A DNA stretch of 64,000 bases from Pseudomonadota bacterium (GCA_043820105.1 JBDREC010000090.1:1-64000); one strand, 5' to 3'. Shown: positions 9,370-20,478, numbered from the stretch's first letter. Translations and numbers: made by a program. Notes: generated by a model from the sequence alone, not told the origin.

Positions 9370-9440
9370 AGTATTCAGTATTCAGTATTTAGTATTCAGT
9401 AAGAAAAACACTGAATACCGAATACCGAATACTGAATACC
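9370..9440. repeat. Inverted pair of heptamer arrays (AGTATTC)n / (GAATACY)n
   Basis: agtattc x4.5, short spacer, then actgaat/accgaat x4; can form a long hairpin upstream of hflK. Confidence 0.9.
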
Positions 9441-9477
9441 CAAGTTAAGGTTTACTACTTAGCAAAGGAGCGAACTA

Positions 9478-10509
9478 ATGAGTCAATGGCAAAGAAATGA
9501 ACAACCTAACCCCTTTCGTGATCTTGAAAATCTTTTAGTTTGGTTTAAAAATAATAAATCTTTAGTTATTATTGGAGCAGTATTATTATTGAGTCTTTTT
9601 GTTGGAAGCAAAACCTTTTATACTGTTCAACCCAATGAAGAGGCAGTGGTTTTAAGACTTGGAAAATATAACAAAACTTCAGATCCTGGCCTAAATTTCA
9701 TGATTCCAATTTTTGATAAGGTACTAAAGGTAAAAACATCCTTAATTCATCAAGAGGAGTTTGGTTTCAGAGGAGCACTTGATCAAACCAGTCATAACAC
9801 ACAAAAAAGTTCTAATTACAAAGAAGAAGCAATAACATTAACTGGTGATTTGAATGTTGCTGTGGTTGAGTGGATTGTTCAATATCAAATCAGTGATCCA
9901 ATGAAATATCTTTTTAATGCAAAAGATCCAATTCAAACAATTAGAGATATTTCTCAAGCCATCATGCGAAGAGTTGTGGGGGACAGGCTTGTTAGTGAAG
10001 TTCTAACAATTGGTAGAGCAGAAATCGCATCTGAAGCTCAAAAACTAACTCAAGAGGTTTTAGATTCTTATAATATTGGTATTCGGATTGTTTCTGTGAA
10101 ACTACAGGATATTAATCCTCCTGATATTGTTAAGCCTTCCTTTAATGAAGTTAATGCTGCTAAACAAGAACAGGAAGAAGTAATAAACATTGCTGAAAGA
10201 AAATATAATAGCATAATTCCAGAAGCCAAAGGTCTTGCTAAGAAAAAAATAGCCCTGGCTACTGGTTATGCAACTGAAATCATAAATCAGGCAGAGGGTG
10301 ATGTTGCTCAGTTTAATCAAATTTATTTTGAATATAAAAAAGCACCTTCTATTACAAAGAAAAGACTTTATATTGAAAAAATGCAGGATATTTTCACAAA
10401 ATTAAAAAAAGTGACCATTGTGGATGAAGAAGTAAAAGGCTTGCTTCCTATTTTTGGAAACAAAGGCTCAAGCTCATCTTCCTCAGCTTATGAAGGAGGT
10501 GTTAAATGA
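9478..10509 (+). CDS. hflK: FtsH protease modulator HflK
   Basis: N-terminal TM, SPFH/band7 domain, LTGDLN; paired with hflC. Confidence 0.92.
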   Translation: MSQWQRNEQPNPFRDLENLLVWFKNNKSLVIIGAVLLLSLFVGSKTFYTVQPNEEAVVLRLGKYNKTSDPGLNFMIPIFDKVLKVKTSLIHQEEFGFRGALDQTSHNTQKSSNYKEEAITLTGDLNVAVVEWIVQYQISDPMKYLFNAKDPIQTIRDISQAIMRRVVGDRLVSEVLTIGRAEIASEAQKLTQEVLDSYNIGIRIVSVKLQDINPPDIVKPSFNEVNAAKQEQEEVINIAERKYNSIIPEAKGLAKKKIALATGYATEIINQAEGDVAQFNQIYFEYKKAPSITKKRLYIEKMQDIFTKLKKVTIVDEEVKGLLPIFGNKGSSSSSSAYEGGVK

Positions 10510-11480
10510 AAAATAATAATATATTAATTTCTATTGTGGTAATTGCAGCTATTTTAATAATAGCAATTTATCAATCAGTTTACATTGTTCCAGAAGGCTT
10601 TCAATCAATTATTACACAATTTGGAAAACCAATAGGAAAGGCCAAGGTTGAAGCTGGTTTATATTTTAAAACCCCTTTTATTCAAAAAGTTATTTATCTT
10701 GAAAAAAGGATGTTAAACTGGGATGGAATACCAAATCAAATTCCAACTAAAGACAAAAAATTTATTCTGGTTGATACAACAGCTAGATGGAAAATTACAG
10801 ATCCCCTTTTGTATATTATGACTGTTCAAAATGATAGAGGCGCTAAAGCAAGGCTTGATGCTGTTATAGAAGCTACAACCAGAGATATGATTGCAAATCA
10901 TAATTTAGTAGAAACAGTTCGAAATACTAACAATATTATAAATAAGATAAATGAAAGAGTATCAAGACAGAAAAAAGGTATATTCCAGTCAGGTGAAGAA
11001 GAAATTGTTGGTGAAATTGAACCTATTACAATTGGTCGAGAAAAATTGGCTTCATACATTGTAAAAGGTGCTCAACCTGAACTGAAAAAGTTTGGTATTC
11101 AACTTATAGATGTGCAATTAAAAAGAATTGCATACGAAGATTCAGTTCAAAGAAAAGTTTTTGATAGGATGATTTCCGAAAGAAAAAGGATAGCTGAAAA
11201 AATTAGATCTTTTGGTAAAGGTCAGCAAGCAGAAATTGAAGGTAAAACAGATCTTGAGCTTAAAAAGATTGAATCCGAAGCCTATAGAACTTCAAAAGAA
11301 ATAAAAGGTAAAGCAGAAGCTGTACAGTATGCAATTTATGCTAAAGCTTTTAAGCAAGATCCTGACTTTTACGAGTTCTTAAGAACCTTAGAAGCTTATG
11401 ATGAAGCATTTTCCGAAGATTTTAATTTTATTTTATCAACAGATTCCAAGTTTTTTAATGTTCTTAAAAATGGTAAATGA
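10506..11480 (+). CDS. hflC: FtsH protease modulator HflC
   Basis: SPFH domain, TKDKK, RMISER, DPDFYEFLRTLEAY. Confidence 0.92.
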   Translation: MKNNNILISIVVIAAILIIAIYQSVYIVPEGFQSIITQFGKPIGKAKVEAGLYFKTPFIQKVIYLEKRMLNWDGIPNQIPTKDKKFILVDTTARWKITDPLLYIMTVQNDRGAKARLDAVIEATTRDMIANHNLVETVRNTNNIINKINERVSRQKKGIFQSGEEEIVGEIEPITIGREKLASYIVKGAQPELKKFGIQLIDVQLKRIAYEDSVQRKVFDRMISERKRIAEKIRSFGKGQQAEIEGKTDLELKKIESEAYRTSKEIKGKAEAVQYAIYAKAFKQDPDFYEFLRTLEAYDEAFSEDFNFILSTDSKFFNVLKNGK

Positions 11481-11546
11481 GCAATAAAGTTAATTTAAAA
11501 CCTGGCGACTTCTTGCACTGGTGTTCTGGTGCACAAGGAATGATTT

Positions 11547-12980
11547 ATGGAAAAAATATTTAATAAAAGAATTAGAAACAAGCTTATTTTAGTTTTCTTA
11601 ATTCCAATTTGTATAATAGTTATTGTTTTTGGTTTTATTAATTATTTAATTTCAAGAAAAGGGATGGAAGATGAACTTGCTAAGCGTTTAATTGCCATTG
11701 CCAACAGTGCCTCAGGTTTTATTCCCATTGATAGTGTTGTTTATTTAGCGCCTGGAGATGAGTCAACGCGGCTTTATAAGTCATTATTTACCAAGCTTAA
11801 AAAGCTAAAAGACTTAAACAATGTTAAAAAAATATATGTATTCACTAAGGAAAACAAGGCACTTATTGACACTGATCCAAATGTTACAATTGGGTATTAT
11901 TATACTAAGCATGAGTTTGATGAATCTGAACTTTCTCGAGTTTTAGCAGGTGAGGCAAGCACTTCAATAATGTTTAAGGGGCAGGATGGGCTTTATTATA
12001 AAACTGGTTATGTCCCCTTTTTTGATAGAAATAATGAAACAGTTATCATAGGTGTTGAAGGGAGTGTTGAATTTTTTGCAACACTTCGTAAGCTCAATAC
12101 TATTTTATTATGGCTTACACTGTTTTCAATTACGATTGTTATTTTAGCTTCAATTTTATTTTCAAGAAGAATTGTAAATCCTATCAAAAATCTAATGTCA
12201 GCTATTACAAAAATTGGTGATGGAGATTTATTGTCTAAAGTTCCAGTTCAAACAAAGGATGAAATTGGTTATCTTAGTTATAAATTTAATGAGATGCGAG
12301 AAAATCTATTAGAAAGAGATAATCGCATGAAGATGATGCTGCAAGGTATAGCACATGAAGTTAGAAATCCTCTTGGTGGAATAGAATTATTTACAGGTCT
12401 TTTATCTGAACAAGTTTCCGATAGTGCTGAAAAAACTCAGTATGTAGAAAAAATAAAAAAAGAAACAGCGAATTTAAAAAATATTGTGAATGACTTTTTA
12501 GATTATGCAAGAGCCGTTAACCTTGATATTCATTCAGTGGACATGAATAAGTTTTTTAATGATACAGCTTTATATTTTAAAACTGATATGGAAAAAAAGA
12601 AAATAAATTATAACATAGAGCTTAAATCAAAGAAGAGGAGCTTTAATATTGATCTTGAATATATGCAGAGAGTATTTTTTAATCTTTTTGATAATGCTAT
12701 TCATGCAATGCCTATGGGAGGTCAGATAAATATAAGAACAGCTAACTGTGCTTCTGAAGATAAAAATAAAGTTGTATGTGTTCAGTTTTCTGATACAGGA
12801 ATTGGAATTAGCAAAGAAAACATTGAATCCATTTTCACTCCTTTTTTTACAACCAAGGCTAAAGGAACTGGGCTTGGTTTAGCCTTTACAAAAAAGATCA
12901 TTGAAGAGCATGGAGGAGGCATTAAGGTGGAAAGTGAACTTAATAAGGGTACTGACGTATTTATATCATTGCCATGTTAA
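11547..12980 (+). CDS. Sensor histidine kinase (2 TM, HAMP, HisKA, HATPase)
   Basis: AHEVRNPL H-box, N box, DTGIG, FTPFFTTK, GTGLGL. Confidence 0.92.
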   Translation: MEKIFNKRIRNKLILVFLIPICIIVIVFGFINYLISRKGMEDELAKRLIAIANSASGFIPIDSVVYLAPGDESTRLYKSLFTKLKKLKDLNNVKKIYVFTKENKALIDTDPNVTIGYYYTKHEFDESELSRVLAGEASTSIMFKGQDGLYYKTGYVPFFDRNNETVIIGVEGSVEFFATLRKLNTILLWLTLFSITIVILASILFSRRIVNPIKNLMSAITKIGDGDLLSKVPVQTKDEIGYLSYKFNEMRENLLERDNRMKMMLQGIAHEVRNPLGGIELFTGLLSEQVSDSAEKTQYVEKIKKETANLKNIVNDFLDYARAVNLDIHSVDMNKFFNDTALYFKTDMEKKKINYNIELKSKKRSFNIDLEYMQRVFFNLFDNAIHAMPMGGQINIRTANCASEDKNKVVCVQFSDTGIGISKENIESIFTPFFTTKAKGTGLGLAFTKKIIEEHGGGIKVESELNKGTDVFISLPC

Positions 12981-12999
12981 CTTATAAGGGACTAAAGAA

Positions 13000-14394
13000 A
13001 TGAATATTCTTGTCATAGATGATAATCAAACAATGCGAGAAGGAATCGCTCAAATTATTAAGAATATGGGTCATCATGTTTTTGAGGCTGAAAATGGAAA
13101 TGAGGGCCTCGAAATATCTAAAAACAACATTGTGGATTTCACAATTTGTGATTTAAAAATGGAAGAAATGGATGGAATTGGTGTTTTAAAGGAAATTAAA
13201 AAAGTGGATCCTGAAGCCTTGTTTATGATAATTACTGGCTATGGAACCATTGAAGTTGCTGTTGAAGCCATGAGAATTGGAGCATATGACTTTATTACTA
13301 AGCCTTTTTCTGCTGATGTATTAAAAGCAAAGGTTGAAAATGCCTTGAAAGTAAAAGAGCTTTCAAACCAAAATGTAAAACTTCAAAGAGAAAATCTTAT
13401 ATTAAAAGAAGATAATATGGAAAGCTTTTCAAGTTCTACAATTATTGGGAAATCTGCTTGCTTAAAAGAAGTTATTGAGCGCATAGAAAAAATCGCTTTA
13501 ACAGATTCTTCTGTGCTTATTACTGGTGAGAGCGGTACAGGGAAAGAGCTTGTGGCAAAAGCTATTCATTATGCAAGTAAAAGAAAAGACAAACCTTTTA
13601 TTAAAGTTAACTGTGGGGCTTTAGCTGAAGGTGTTTTAGAAAGTGAATTGTTTGGGCATGAAAAAGGTTCTTTTACTGGTGCTATAAAAAGAAAGCTTGG
13701 CAGATTTGAGTTAGCAGATACTGGAACAATATTTCTTGATGAAGTTGGAGATTTTTCACCAACTTTGCAATTAAAGTTATTGAGAGTTTTACAGGAAAGA
13801 GAATTCGAAAGAGTTGGTGGTACTGAAACTTTAAAAGTTGATGTCAGGTTTATTAGTGCAACAAATAAAAATCTTGAAGAATGTATTATCCAGGGTAGTT
13901 TTCGAGAAGACCTTTACTATAGGCTTCATATTATACCTGTTGTTATGCCTAATCTTAGGGATAGAAAAGAAGATATTCCAATCCTTCTAGAACACTTTGT
14001 TAATAAACTTAATAAAAAAACGGGTGCTGGCAAAAAAAGATTTTCAAGTGAAGCACTTGCAAAACTTTCGTCCTATTATTGGCCTGGAAATATTCGTGAG
14101 CTTGAAAATATAACAGAACAAATCTATGTTCTTTCTAGTAATGACATTATTGAAGAAAATGATTTACCAGTTTATATATTATCTACTCAAATAAAATCAA
14201 ACTTAGATTTATCTTCTCAAGATTTATCATTAAATGATGCTTTAGAAAAACTTGAAAAAAGAATGATTGAAGAGGCTTATAAAAAAGCATCCGGAATTAA
14301 AACAGAAGCAGCCAGGCTTTTAGGGATAAAAACCAGTGCTTTGTATTATAAATTAGAAAAATATGGGCTTATAGAAGTAACTGAAAAAAAATAA
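13000..14394 (+). CDS. sigma54-dependent response regulator (NtrC/AtoC family)
   Basis: Receiver domain, GESGTGKE, GSFTGA, WPGNIREL, Fis-type HTH. Confidence 0.93.
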   Translation: MNILVIDDNQTMREGIAQIIKNMGHHVFEAENGNEGLEISKNNIVDFTICDLKMEEMDGIGVLKEIKKVDPEALFMIITGYGTIEVAVEAMRIGAYDFITKPFSADVLKAKVENALKVKELSNQNVKLQRENLILKEDNMESFSSSTIIGKSACLKEVIERIEKIALTDSSVLITGESGTGKELVAKAIHYASKRKDKPFIKVNCGALAEGVLESELFGHEKGSFTGAIKRKLGRFELADTGTIFLDEVGDFSPTLQLKLLRVLQEREFERVGGTETLKVDVRFISATNKNLEECIIQGSFREDLYYRLHIIPVVMPNLRDRKEDIPILLEHFVNKLNKKTGAGKKRFSSEALAKLSSYYWPGNIRELENITEQIYVLSSNDIIEENDLPVYILSTQIKSNLDLSSQDLSLNDALEKLEKRMIEEAYKKASGIKTEAARLLGIKTSALYYKLEKYGLIEVTEKK

Positions 14395-15767
14395 TGATTC
14401 ATATGGGTAAAATTCTGTATAATAAAAGATATTTAAAAGCCATAAGTTCTATAGCTATATTCCTTGCTTTTATTTTATCAGTTTCTTTGTTATTTGCACA
14501 AGATCAAAAGAAGTATTATGATCCAGAAATTATTATATTAAAAAAATCAATAGCTCATCTTGAGCTCGAACTTGATCGCCTTAATTTAGAGATGCAAAAT
14601 AAGCATCAAGAAATTGAAAAACAATCCACTGAAATTAATAAAATGAAAACAGCACAGTGGTCAAATTATAGTTGGTTTAGATCATTAAAATTAAATAAAA
14701 ATCTAGCTATAGCAGAAGAAATGCGCAAGGATTACACTTCAAAACTTGAACGACATAGAAAACTAAAATTTAGAATCATAAACTTAAAGTGGAAGCTAAT
14801 TGACAGATATGATGCTATTTTAGATGACTTAGCAAAGCAAATATATGTTAAAAAAACAGCTGGAAAGTCCTTTGTTCTTCCTTATTTAAAGAAGTATAGC
14901 TTTTTTTCCAAGGAAAAGGAAAAAATTGAATCAAAATTAGACCAGCCAGAAATGAAAGAGCAAAAGTTTTTTATTGTTGAGGCTGATCCTCTTGACGGTC
15001 CAGATGAAATAAATGACAAAATAGATATTCTTAGGGATATGGAAGATAAATTAGATTCAAATATTGCTAAAGTATCAAGGATCCTGAAGGACCTAAAAAG
15101 AAGAGAGTTGCTTTTAAAAGAGGTCAAAAGATTTAAGGATGAAATTGAGTTTTTTTCTGACGAATTTTTTGTTATGAAAACAAAACAAGAATCTGATGAT
15201 GAAGATGACTCTAGCTCTGATGGATCTGATGATGGTTCACAAGATTCAGATGGAACAGCTGATGGCACAGATGGAGACGGAGACGCAGATGGAACAACTC
15301 AAGATTCTGACTCAGATCAATCTGGTGATGGTGTTAGCACTACGGATACCAGTACTGATACTCAAGGTCAAACAGGCGATCAAACGGGAGATGTTGATGG
15401 AACAATAGATACTGGAACAGGTACAGATACGCAAACACAAGGAACAGATACTAGTGATCAAACCTCAGGCGCAGGCAATACTGGAACAGGAACAGATGGA
15501 TCCTCAACAATTGATACAGCTAACACCGGGACTGTGGCTGATAGTGAAACCTTGGCAGACATTTCAAGAAACACAATAAACACACCATTCAGGGGGACTC
15601 TTGATATTGCTAATATTGATAAAATAAAGGAACTGTCCTTGCCTGATGCTATAAAAATGCTTTCTCAAAAAGAAAAATCTCTTGAAAAACTAAAAACTCA
15701 ATTAAAAGATAAAATCAATTCTTTAAATAAAGAGATTGATAAAAGATATAAAGAGGTGAAAAAGTAA
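14394..15767 (+). CDS. Exported coiled-coil protein with an acidic D/T/G-rich linker
   Basis: Signal peptide, heptad-rich helices, low-complexity linker; translationally coupled to the response regulator. Confidence 0.7.
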   Translation: MIHMGKILYNKRYLKAISSIAIFLAFILSVSLLFAQDQKKYYDPEIIILKKSIAHLELELDRLNLEMQNKHQEIEKQSTEINKMKTAQWSNYSWFRSLKLNKNLAIAEEMRKDYTSKLERHRKLKFRIINLKWKLIDRYDAILDDLAKQIYVKKTAGKSFVLPYLKKYSFFSKEKEKIESKLDQPEMKEQKFFIVEADPLDGPDEINDKIDILRDMEDKLDSNIAKVSRILKDLKRRELLLKEVKRFKDEIEFFSDEFFVMKTKQESDDEDDSSSDGSDDGSQDSDGTADGTDGDGDADGTTQDSDSDQSGDGVSTTDTSTDTQGQTGDQTGDVDGTIDTGTGTDTQTQGTDTSDQTSGAGNTGTGTDGSSTIDTANTGTVADSETLADISRNTINTPFRGTLDIANIDKIKELSLPDAIKMLSQKEKSLEKLKTQLKDKINSLNKEIDKRYKEVKK

Positions 15768-15768
15768 T

Positions 15769-16857
15769 ATGTCAAAATTATCTTATTTTATTTTAGCATT
15801 TTTTTTCACAATAAAGTTTTTCCTATATGCTGAGGAAGAAATTCAAGTTGAAAGCCAACAGGAGCCTGGTTTCTTTGATGGAATAGATTTTGATGGTAAT
15901 GTATCCTTTAGCGGTGAATATGATGATAATGTTTATAAGACTCTTGGTGAAAATGTAGATGCTGATTTTGGGTCTAGGCTTTATCTTGATGCAAACTGTA
16001 AAGTGAAAATAGATGAAAAAGAGTATTTTAATGTTAGATATCAAGGTGGAGGTAAGAAATATTTAAACGAAGTTAGTCAGGATTCAATAATAAATAATGT
16101 TGAACTTGGCTATTCTAATATTTTTAAGGGTAACTATTTGCTTTCAGCTACTGCTAGCGTTAAGAATAAATTTGAACGAAGAGTTGGTGATGAGGATTAT
16201 CTGCTTTCCTATTTTGACTTGCTAAGTGGAAAATATTTTAATGACCTAAATTTATATGCTTTCATTAATGGAAAATATACTTTCTTTTATTATGACTATA
16301 AAATGGCCTACAGTTTTCACAGGGGAAGATATGGCGCCGGAGCAAAAAAAGGTATTTTTGATGACAAATTAGCTTATGAACTAAATTATTATTTTCAACA
16401 TCAGGGCTTTTTAGAAGCTTTATCCGGTTATTCTAAAAGGGAAGACGCTCTTCATGAAGTTGGAAATTATCTGCATCTTGATACATTTGTTTTTAGCAAA
16501 CTTGGTTATGTTTACCAGTTTAATGATTCAAATATTGATAGCCTAAAATTCCATAATCACAGGTTTACTGTTGAAGTTAACAAGTTATTACCGTTTGACA
16601 TTATGATTATGATTTATGGAACCTTACTCTATAAGATTTATAATTCTGGTTCAATTATTGATGAAGAATCTGAGCGTTCACTTCTAACAAGTTCAGAAGA
16701 TGAGTTTTTTAATTCCTTTATTATTAAAATTTCAAAGAGGCTTTATAAAGAACTTCACCTTGATTTTAAATATTCAAGATTTTCTGATGAGCTTTCATCA
16801 CTTGATGAGCAATATGAAAGAAATGTTTATAATATTGGGTTTAGATATAATTTTTAA
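15769..16857 (+). CDS. Putative outer-membrane beta-barrel protein
   Basis: Signal peptide, alternating aromatic strands, C-terminal YNIGFRYNF (BAM-type signal). Confidence 0.7.
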   Translation: MSKLSYFILAFFFTIKFFLYAEEEIQVESQQEPGFFDGIDFDGNVSFSGEYDDNVYKTLGENVDADFGSRLYLDANCKVKIDEKEYFNVRYQGGGKKYLNEVSQDSIINNVELGYSNIFKGNYLLSATASVKNKFERRVGDEDYLLSYFDLLSGKYFNDLNLYAFINGKYTFFYYDYKMAYSFHRGRYGAGAKKGIFDDKLAYELNYYFQHQGFLEALSGYSKREDALHEVGNYLHLDTFVFSKLGYVYQFNDSNIDSLKFHNHRFTVEVNKLLPFDIMIMIYGTLLYKIYNSGSIIDEESERSLLTSSEDEFFNSFIIKISKRLYKELHLDFKYSRFSDELSSLDEQYERNVYNIGFRYNF

Positions 16858-16858
16858 G

Positions 16859-17398
16859 CTATTTTATCAAATTTAAAAACTCCGCCCGAGCTTCAGGTTC
16901 TTTTCTGAAATCCCCAAGCATGCAGCTTGTTTTGGCGATTGCATTTTCTTTTTTAATGCCTCTCATGGTCATGCACATGTGAGTTGCTTCCATTACAATA
17001 GCTACACCATGAGGTTTTAAATGCTTTTTTAGGCACTCAGCGATTTGTCTTGTAAGGCGTTCTTGCACTTGTAATCTTTTTGAATATACTTCTACTAAAT
17101 TAACAATTTTTGATAATCCTAAAATTTTACCATTAGGGATATAGGCAATATGACATTTGCCATGAAAAGGAAGCAGATGGTGCTCGCACATACTGTAAAA
17201 ATCAATATCCTTGAGAATAACCATGTCTTCTAGTTCATCACTAAAAACAGCGTTTTTAATTATTTTATCAGGATCTTCATTATAGCCATTTGTAATTTCT
17301 TTCCATGTTTTTACAAATCTCTTAGGAGTATCAATCAGTCCTTCACGGTTTGGATTTTCTCCGATATTTTTCAAGAAATCTTTTACCAGGTTTTCCAT
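16859..17398 (-). CDS. folE: GTP cyclohydrolase I
   Basis: [40 protein letters not shown]. Confidence 0.96.
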   Translation of the reverse strand: MENLVKDFLKNIGENPNREGLIDTPKRFVKTWKEITNGYNEDPDKIIKNAVFSDELEDMVILKDIDFYSMCEHHLLPFHGKCHIAYIPNGKILGLSKIVNLVEVYSKRLQVQERLTRQIAECLKKHLKPHGVAIVMEATHMCMTMRGIKKENAIAKTSCMLGDFRKEPEARAEFLNLIK

Positions 17399-17484
17399 AT
17401 ATTTTTCCTTTTAAAACTAAAAAATTGATTTTAATGCTATTATTAATTAAACTTTGCACCTTAAAACAATCTATTGGTAGGTTT

Positions 17485-20478
17485 ATGAAATGTCAAGAAT
17501 GTGCAAGCCAAATAAAAAACAATGATGTTTTTTGTACTGATTGTGGTAAGAGAGCTTTGCAAGAATGCCCTGATTGCGGATCTTATCAAAATGATGAAAA
17601 AAAGTATTGCGCCAATTGTGGAAAATCTCTAGTTGAAAGTGAAACAGAGCTGCAAACTTTAGCAAGAAGTGGAAAACTTGATTTTTTAAAAAAGTATATG
17701 CCAGCAGCTGTTTTTGATAACTTAATGGGTTCTAATAAAGAGCTAAAAGGGGAAAGAAGAGAATGTTCAATTATTTTTGCTGATATTTCTGGTTTTACTT
17801 CTTATTCTGAAAAGCATGAACCTGAAATGGTTACAAAAATGTTAAATGATTGTTTTAAGGGCCTTGTTGCTGCTGTTGAAAGATATGATGGTATGGTTAA
17901 TAAGTTTATTGGTGATTGTATTATGGCTGTATTCGGTGCTCCTAAAGCCCATGATAATGATCCAGAACGAGCAGTTAGATGTGCTATTGATATGCAAGAA
18001 TTCTTAAGACAATATAATGAAGTAATTGAGGAACCTCTTGGTCTAAGTATTGGAGTAAATACAGGTTCTGTTGTTGCTGGAAATATTGGATCTGAAACAC
18101 AAATGGAGTACACTGTAATTGGAGATCCTGTTAACTTATCTCAAAGACTCGAAGCCGCTTCTGATAGAGGACAAATATTAGTTGGAAAATCTGTATTTGA
18201 AAAAATGCCTGAAACTATTGAACTTAGGAAATTGGAACCAATAAAAGTTAAAGGTAAAGAAAAACCTGTAGAAATTTATGAGGTGCTTGGGCTTGTTGAA
18301 CAAAGTCTTGAAGATTCTAAAAAGTTTGAAGTTGTCTATACTCAAAGATCAGGCGAGTTAAAGTCAATTCGAAATGAGCTCCTTGGAGCAAAAGAAGGCA
18401 GGGCTTGTGTGTTATTTTCCTACGGATCAATTGGTTTTGGGAAAACACGGTTAGCGAAAGAAGTATTTAAAATTGGAAAAGAATATGAATATCAAATTCT
18501 TTTTGTTAAAGGTGAATCTCATTTATCAAAGGTCCCATATAAAATATTTATGGAAATTATTGCCCAAAGCTTAGGACTAGATCAAGTAACTGCTGATACT
18601 AAGCTATCTAAACTCATGAGTTTTGGTCTTGATATTATTGATGTTGAAATACTTGAGACATCAATGGAATTGCAGTTCTCTGATTCAGACAAATCAAAAA
18701 AATCTAAATTATTGGAAAACAAGGAAATCATTGGAAATGTTTACATAAAGCTTTTACAAAAAATTGCCAGGAAAAAACCATTACTTTTTATAGTAGAAGA
18801 TTGCCATTATGTTGATGAATCAAGTCTTGATGTTTTAAAACGATTAGCTAATGCTTCTTTAAGTGCTCATCTAGCTCTTTTTTTAACTCAAAGATCTGAA
18901 AAATTGCCCAGATGGGTAGATGAAGAAAACTTTGTAGTTTACCCTTTAAAACCTTTTGAAGGCAATAGTCTAAATTCATTTATTCAAAATATGCTGCAAT
19001 CTGAGAAAGCTCCTGAAGAATTTACCTGGCTTGTTAAATCCAAGAGCCTTGGCAATCCTTTATTTATTCAAGAAATATTTAAGACTTTGCTTGGATCCAA
19101 AAAATTGATGAATCAAGATAATGCCTGGTTTGTTGATAAAGATATTGAAAATGTTGAAATCCCGAATAACTTAACAACAATATTTGGAGCAAGGATTGAT
19201 GGTTTATCTGTCAACTCGAAAACAGTTATTCAGACAGCATCAGTTATTGGAGAGAAATTTAATGTTGATGTATTAAGAGGAATTTTAAAAGAATCATTTT
19301 CCCAGGTTTATTTAAATGAACTTGTTAAAAAAGAATTAATATTATCAGAAGGAGAAGAATATAGCTTTGCGAATAAATATGTTCATGAAGTTGCTTATAA
19401 AACTAACTTATCAACAGATCTAGAAGAAATGCATTTGATTCTAGCTAAGTATTACGAAGATCTTTTTATTGTTAAAAAAGTAATTGGACAAATTGAAAAT
19501 ATGGATTTGGTTGCTAATCATTATGCTAAAAGTTCCGATTCTTATAAGGCTATTGAGTATCTTGAAAAATTTTCATCTAAGCTTATTCGAGCATATCAAA
19601 TGGAAGGTGCAACTGAAGCCTTACTGGAAATTTTAAAAATAGTAGAAGTTAAAAAGCTAATCAAATGGGATGATAAGCAAAAAGCAGATTTGAAGCTTAG
19701 AATAAATCTAAAAATAGCCAAGGCTTTTCTAGGAATTTCCAGGTTCAATGATGCAATGACTTATGCCAAAAAAGTATATGAATCTGCAAAAGAATTAAAT
19801 AAAGAGGAAATGACTGCAAATGCCTTGCTTGTTATGGCAAAAGTTTTAAATAATAAAAGCCAGTATGATGAAGCCTTAAAGTACTTATCTAATGCTTTGA
19901 AAATTGGAAAAGCATTAAAAAAAGGGAAATTAGTAATTCCTACTCTTGGTTTAATTGCTGATACCTTACAAGATAAGAATGATTTGGCCAAAGCAGCAGA
20001 ATATGTAAATTCTGCTATTTCAGTTCTAAGAAATCAAGCTATTGAAGATGATTCTGGTTTTTCTGGACTTATTCACCCCGGCACTTTCTATAATACTTTA
20101 GGTACAGTTAGATTCAGGCAACAAAAATATGATGAAGCAAAAGCAGCATGGGAAAAGGCTATTGCCATCTCCAAACAATATGAAGATCAGTCGATTGTTG
20201 CAAAATCTATTGGAAATATTGGAGCTATATGCAACATTAATGGAGATTTTGAAGGTGCCATAAAGCTTATTGATGAAGCAATCGCTGTTTTTAATCAAAT
20301 TGGAGATAGAGTTTCCCTGGCTAAACAACTTTATAATAAAGGTTCAATAATTTTAGCCAATAATGATAAAGTAAAGGCCAAAAAATATTTTAGTGAAGCA
20401 TACAATATTGCCAAGGAAATTGGTTTTAAAGACGGAGTTGCTATGTGTTCATTGCAGCTTGATAAGTTGAATAAATAA
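17485..20478 (+). CDS. Class III adenylate/guanylate cyclase with double zinc ribbon, STAND/AAA ATPase and TPR repeats
   Basis: Start taken at ATG 17485 (MKCQEC); CxxC x4, FADISGFT, KFIGDC, IGDPVNLSQRLE, GSIGFGKT, C-terminal TPRs. Confidence 0.88.
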   Translation: MKCQECASQIKNNDVFCTDCGKRALQECPDCGSYQNDEKKYCANCGKSLVESETELQTLARSGKLDFLKKYMPAAVFDNLMGSNKELKGERRECSIIFADISGFTSYSEKHEPEMVTKMLNDCFKGLVAAVERYDGMVNKFIGDCIMAVFGAPKAHDNDPERAVRCAIDMQEFLRQYNEVIEEPLGLSIGVNTGSVVAGNIGSETQMEYTVIGDPVNLSQRLEAASDRGQILVGKSVFEKMPETIELRKLEPIKVKGKEKPVEIYEVLGLVEQSLEDSKKFEVVYTQRSGELKSIRNELLGAKEGRACVLFSYGSIGFGKTRLAKEVFKIGKEYEYQILFVKGESHLSKVPYKIFMEIIAQSLGLDQVTADTKLSKLMSFGLDIIDVEILETSMELQFSDSDKSKKSKLLENKEIIGNVYIKLLQKIARKKPLLFIVEDCHYVDESSLDVLKRLANASLSAHLALFLTQRSEKLPRWVDEENFVVYPLKPFEGNSLNSFIQNMLQSEKAPEEFTWLVKSKSLGNPLFIQEIFKTLLGSKKLMNQDNAWFVDKDIENVEIPNNLTTIFGARIDGLSVNSKTVIQTASVIGEKFNVDVLRGILKESFSQVYLNELVKKELILSEGEEYSFANKYVHEVAYKTNLSTDLEEMHLILAKYYEDLFIVKKVIGQIENMDLVANHYAKSSDSYKAIEYLEKFSSKLIRAYQMEGATEALLEILKIVEVKKLIKWDDKQKADLKLRINLKIAKAFLGISRFNDAMTYAKKVYESAKELNKEEMTANALLVMAKVLNNKSQYDEALKYLSNALKIGKALKKGKLVIPTLGLIADTLQDKNDLAKAAEYVNSAISVLRNQAIEDDSGFSGLIHPGTFYNTLGTVRFRQQKYDEAKAAWEKAIAISKQYEDQSIVAKSIGNIGAICNINGDFEGAIKLIDEAIAVFNQIGDRVSLAKQLYNKGSIILANNDKVKAKKYFSEAYNIAKEIGFKDGVAMCSLQLDKLNK

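Noticed and set aside
17350-17484. N-terminal extension of the cyclase in the ORF track
   Set aside because: It overlaps the divergent folE start; the zinc ribbon begins at ATG 17485
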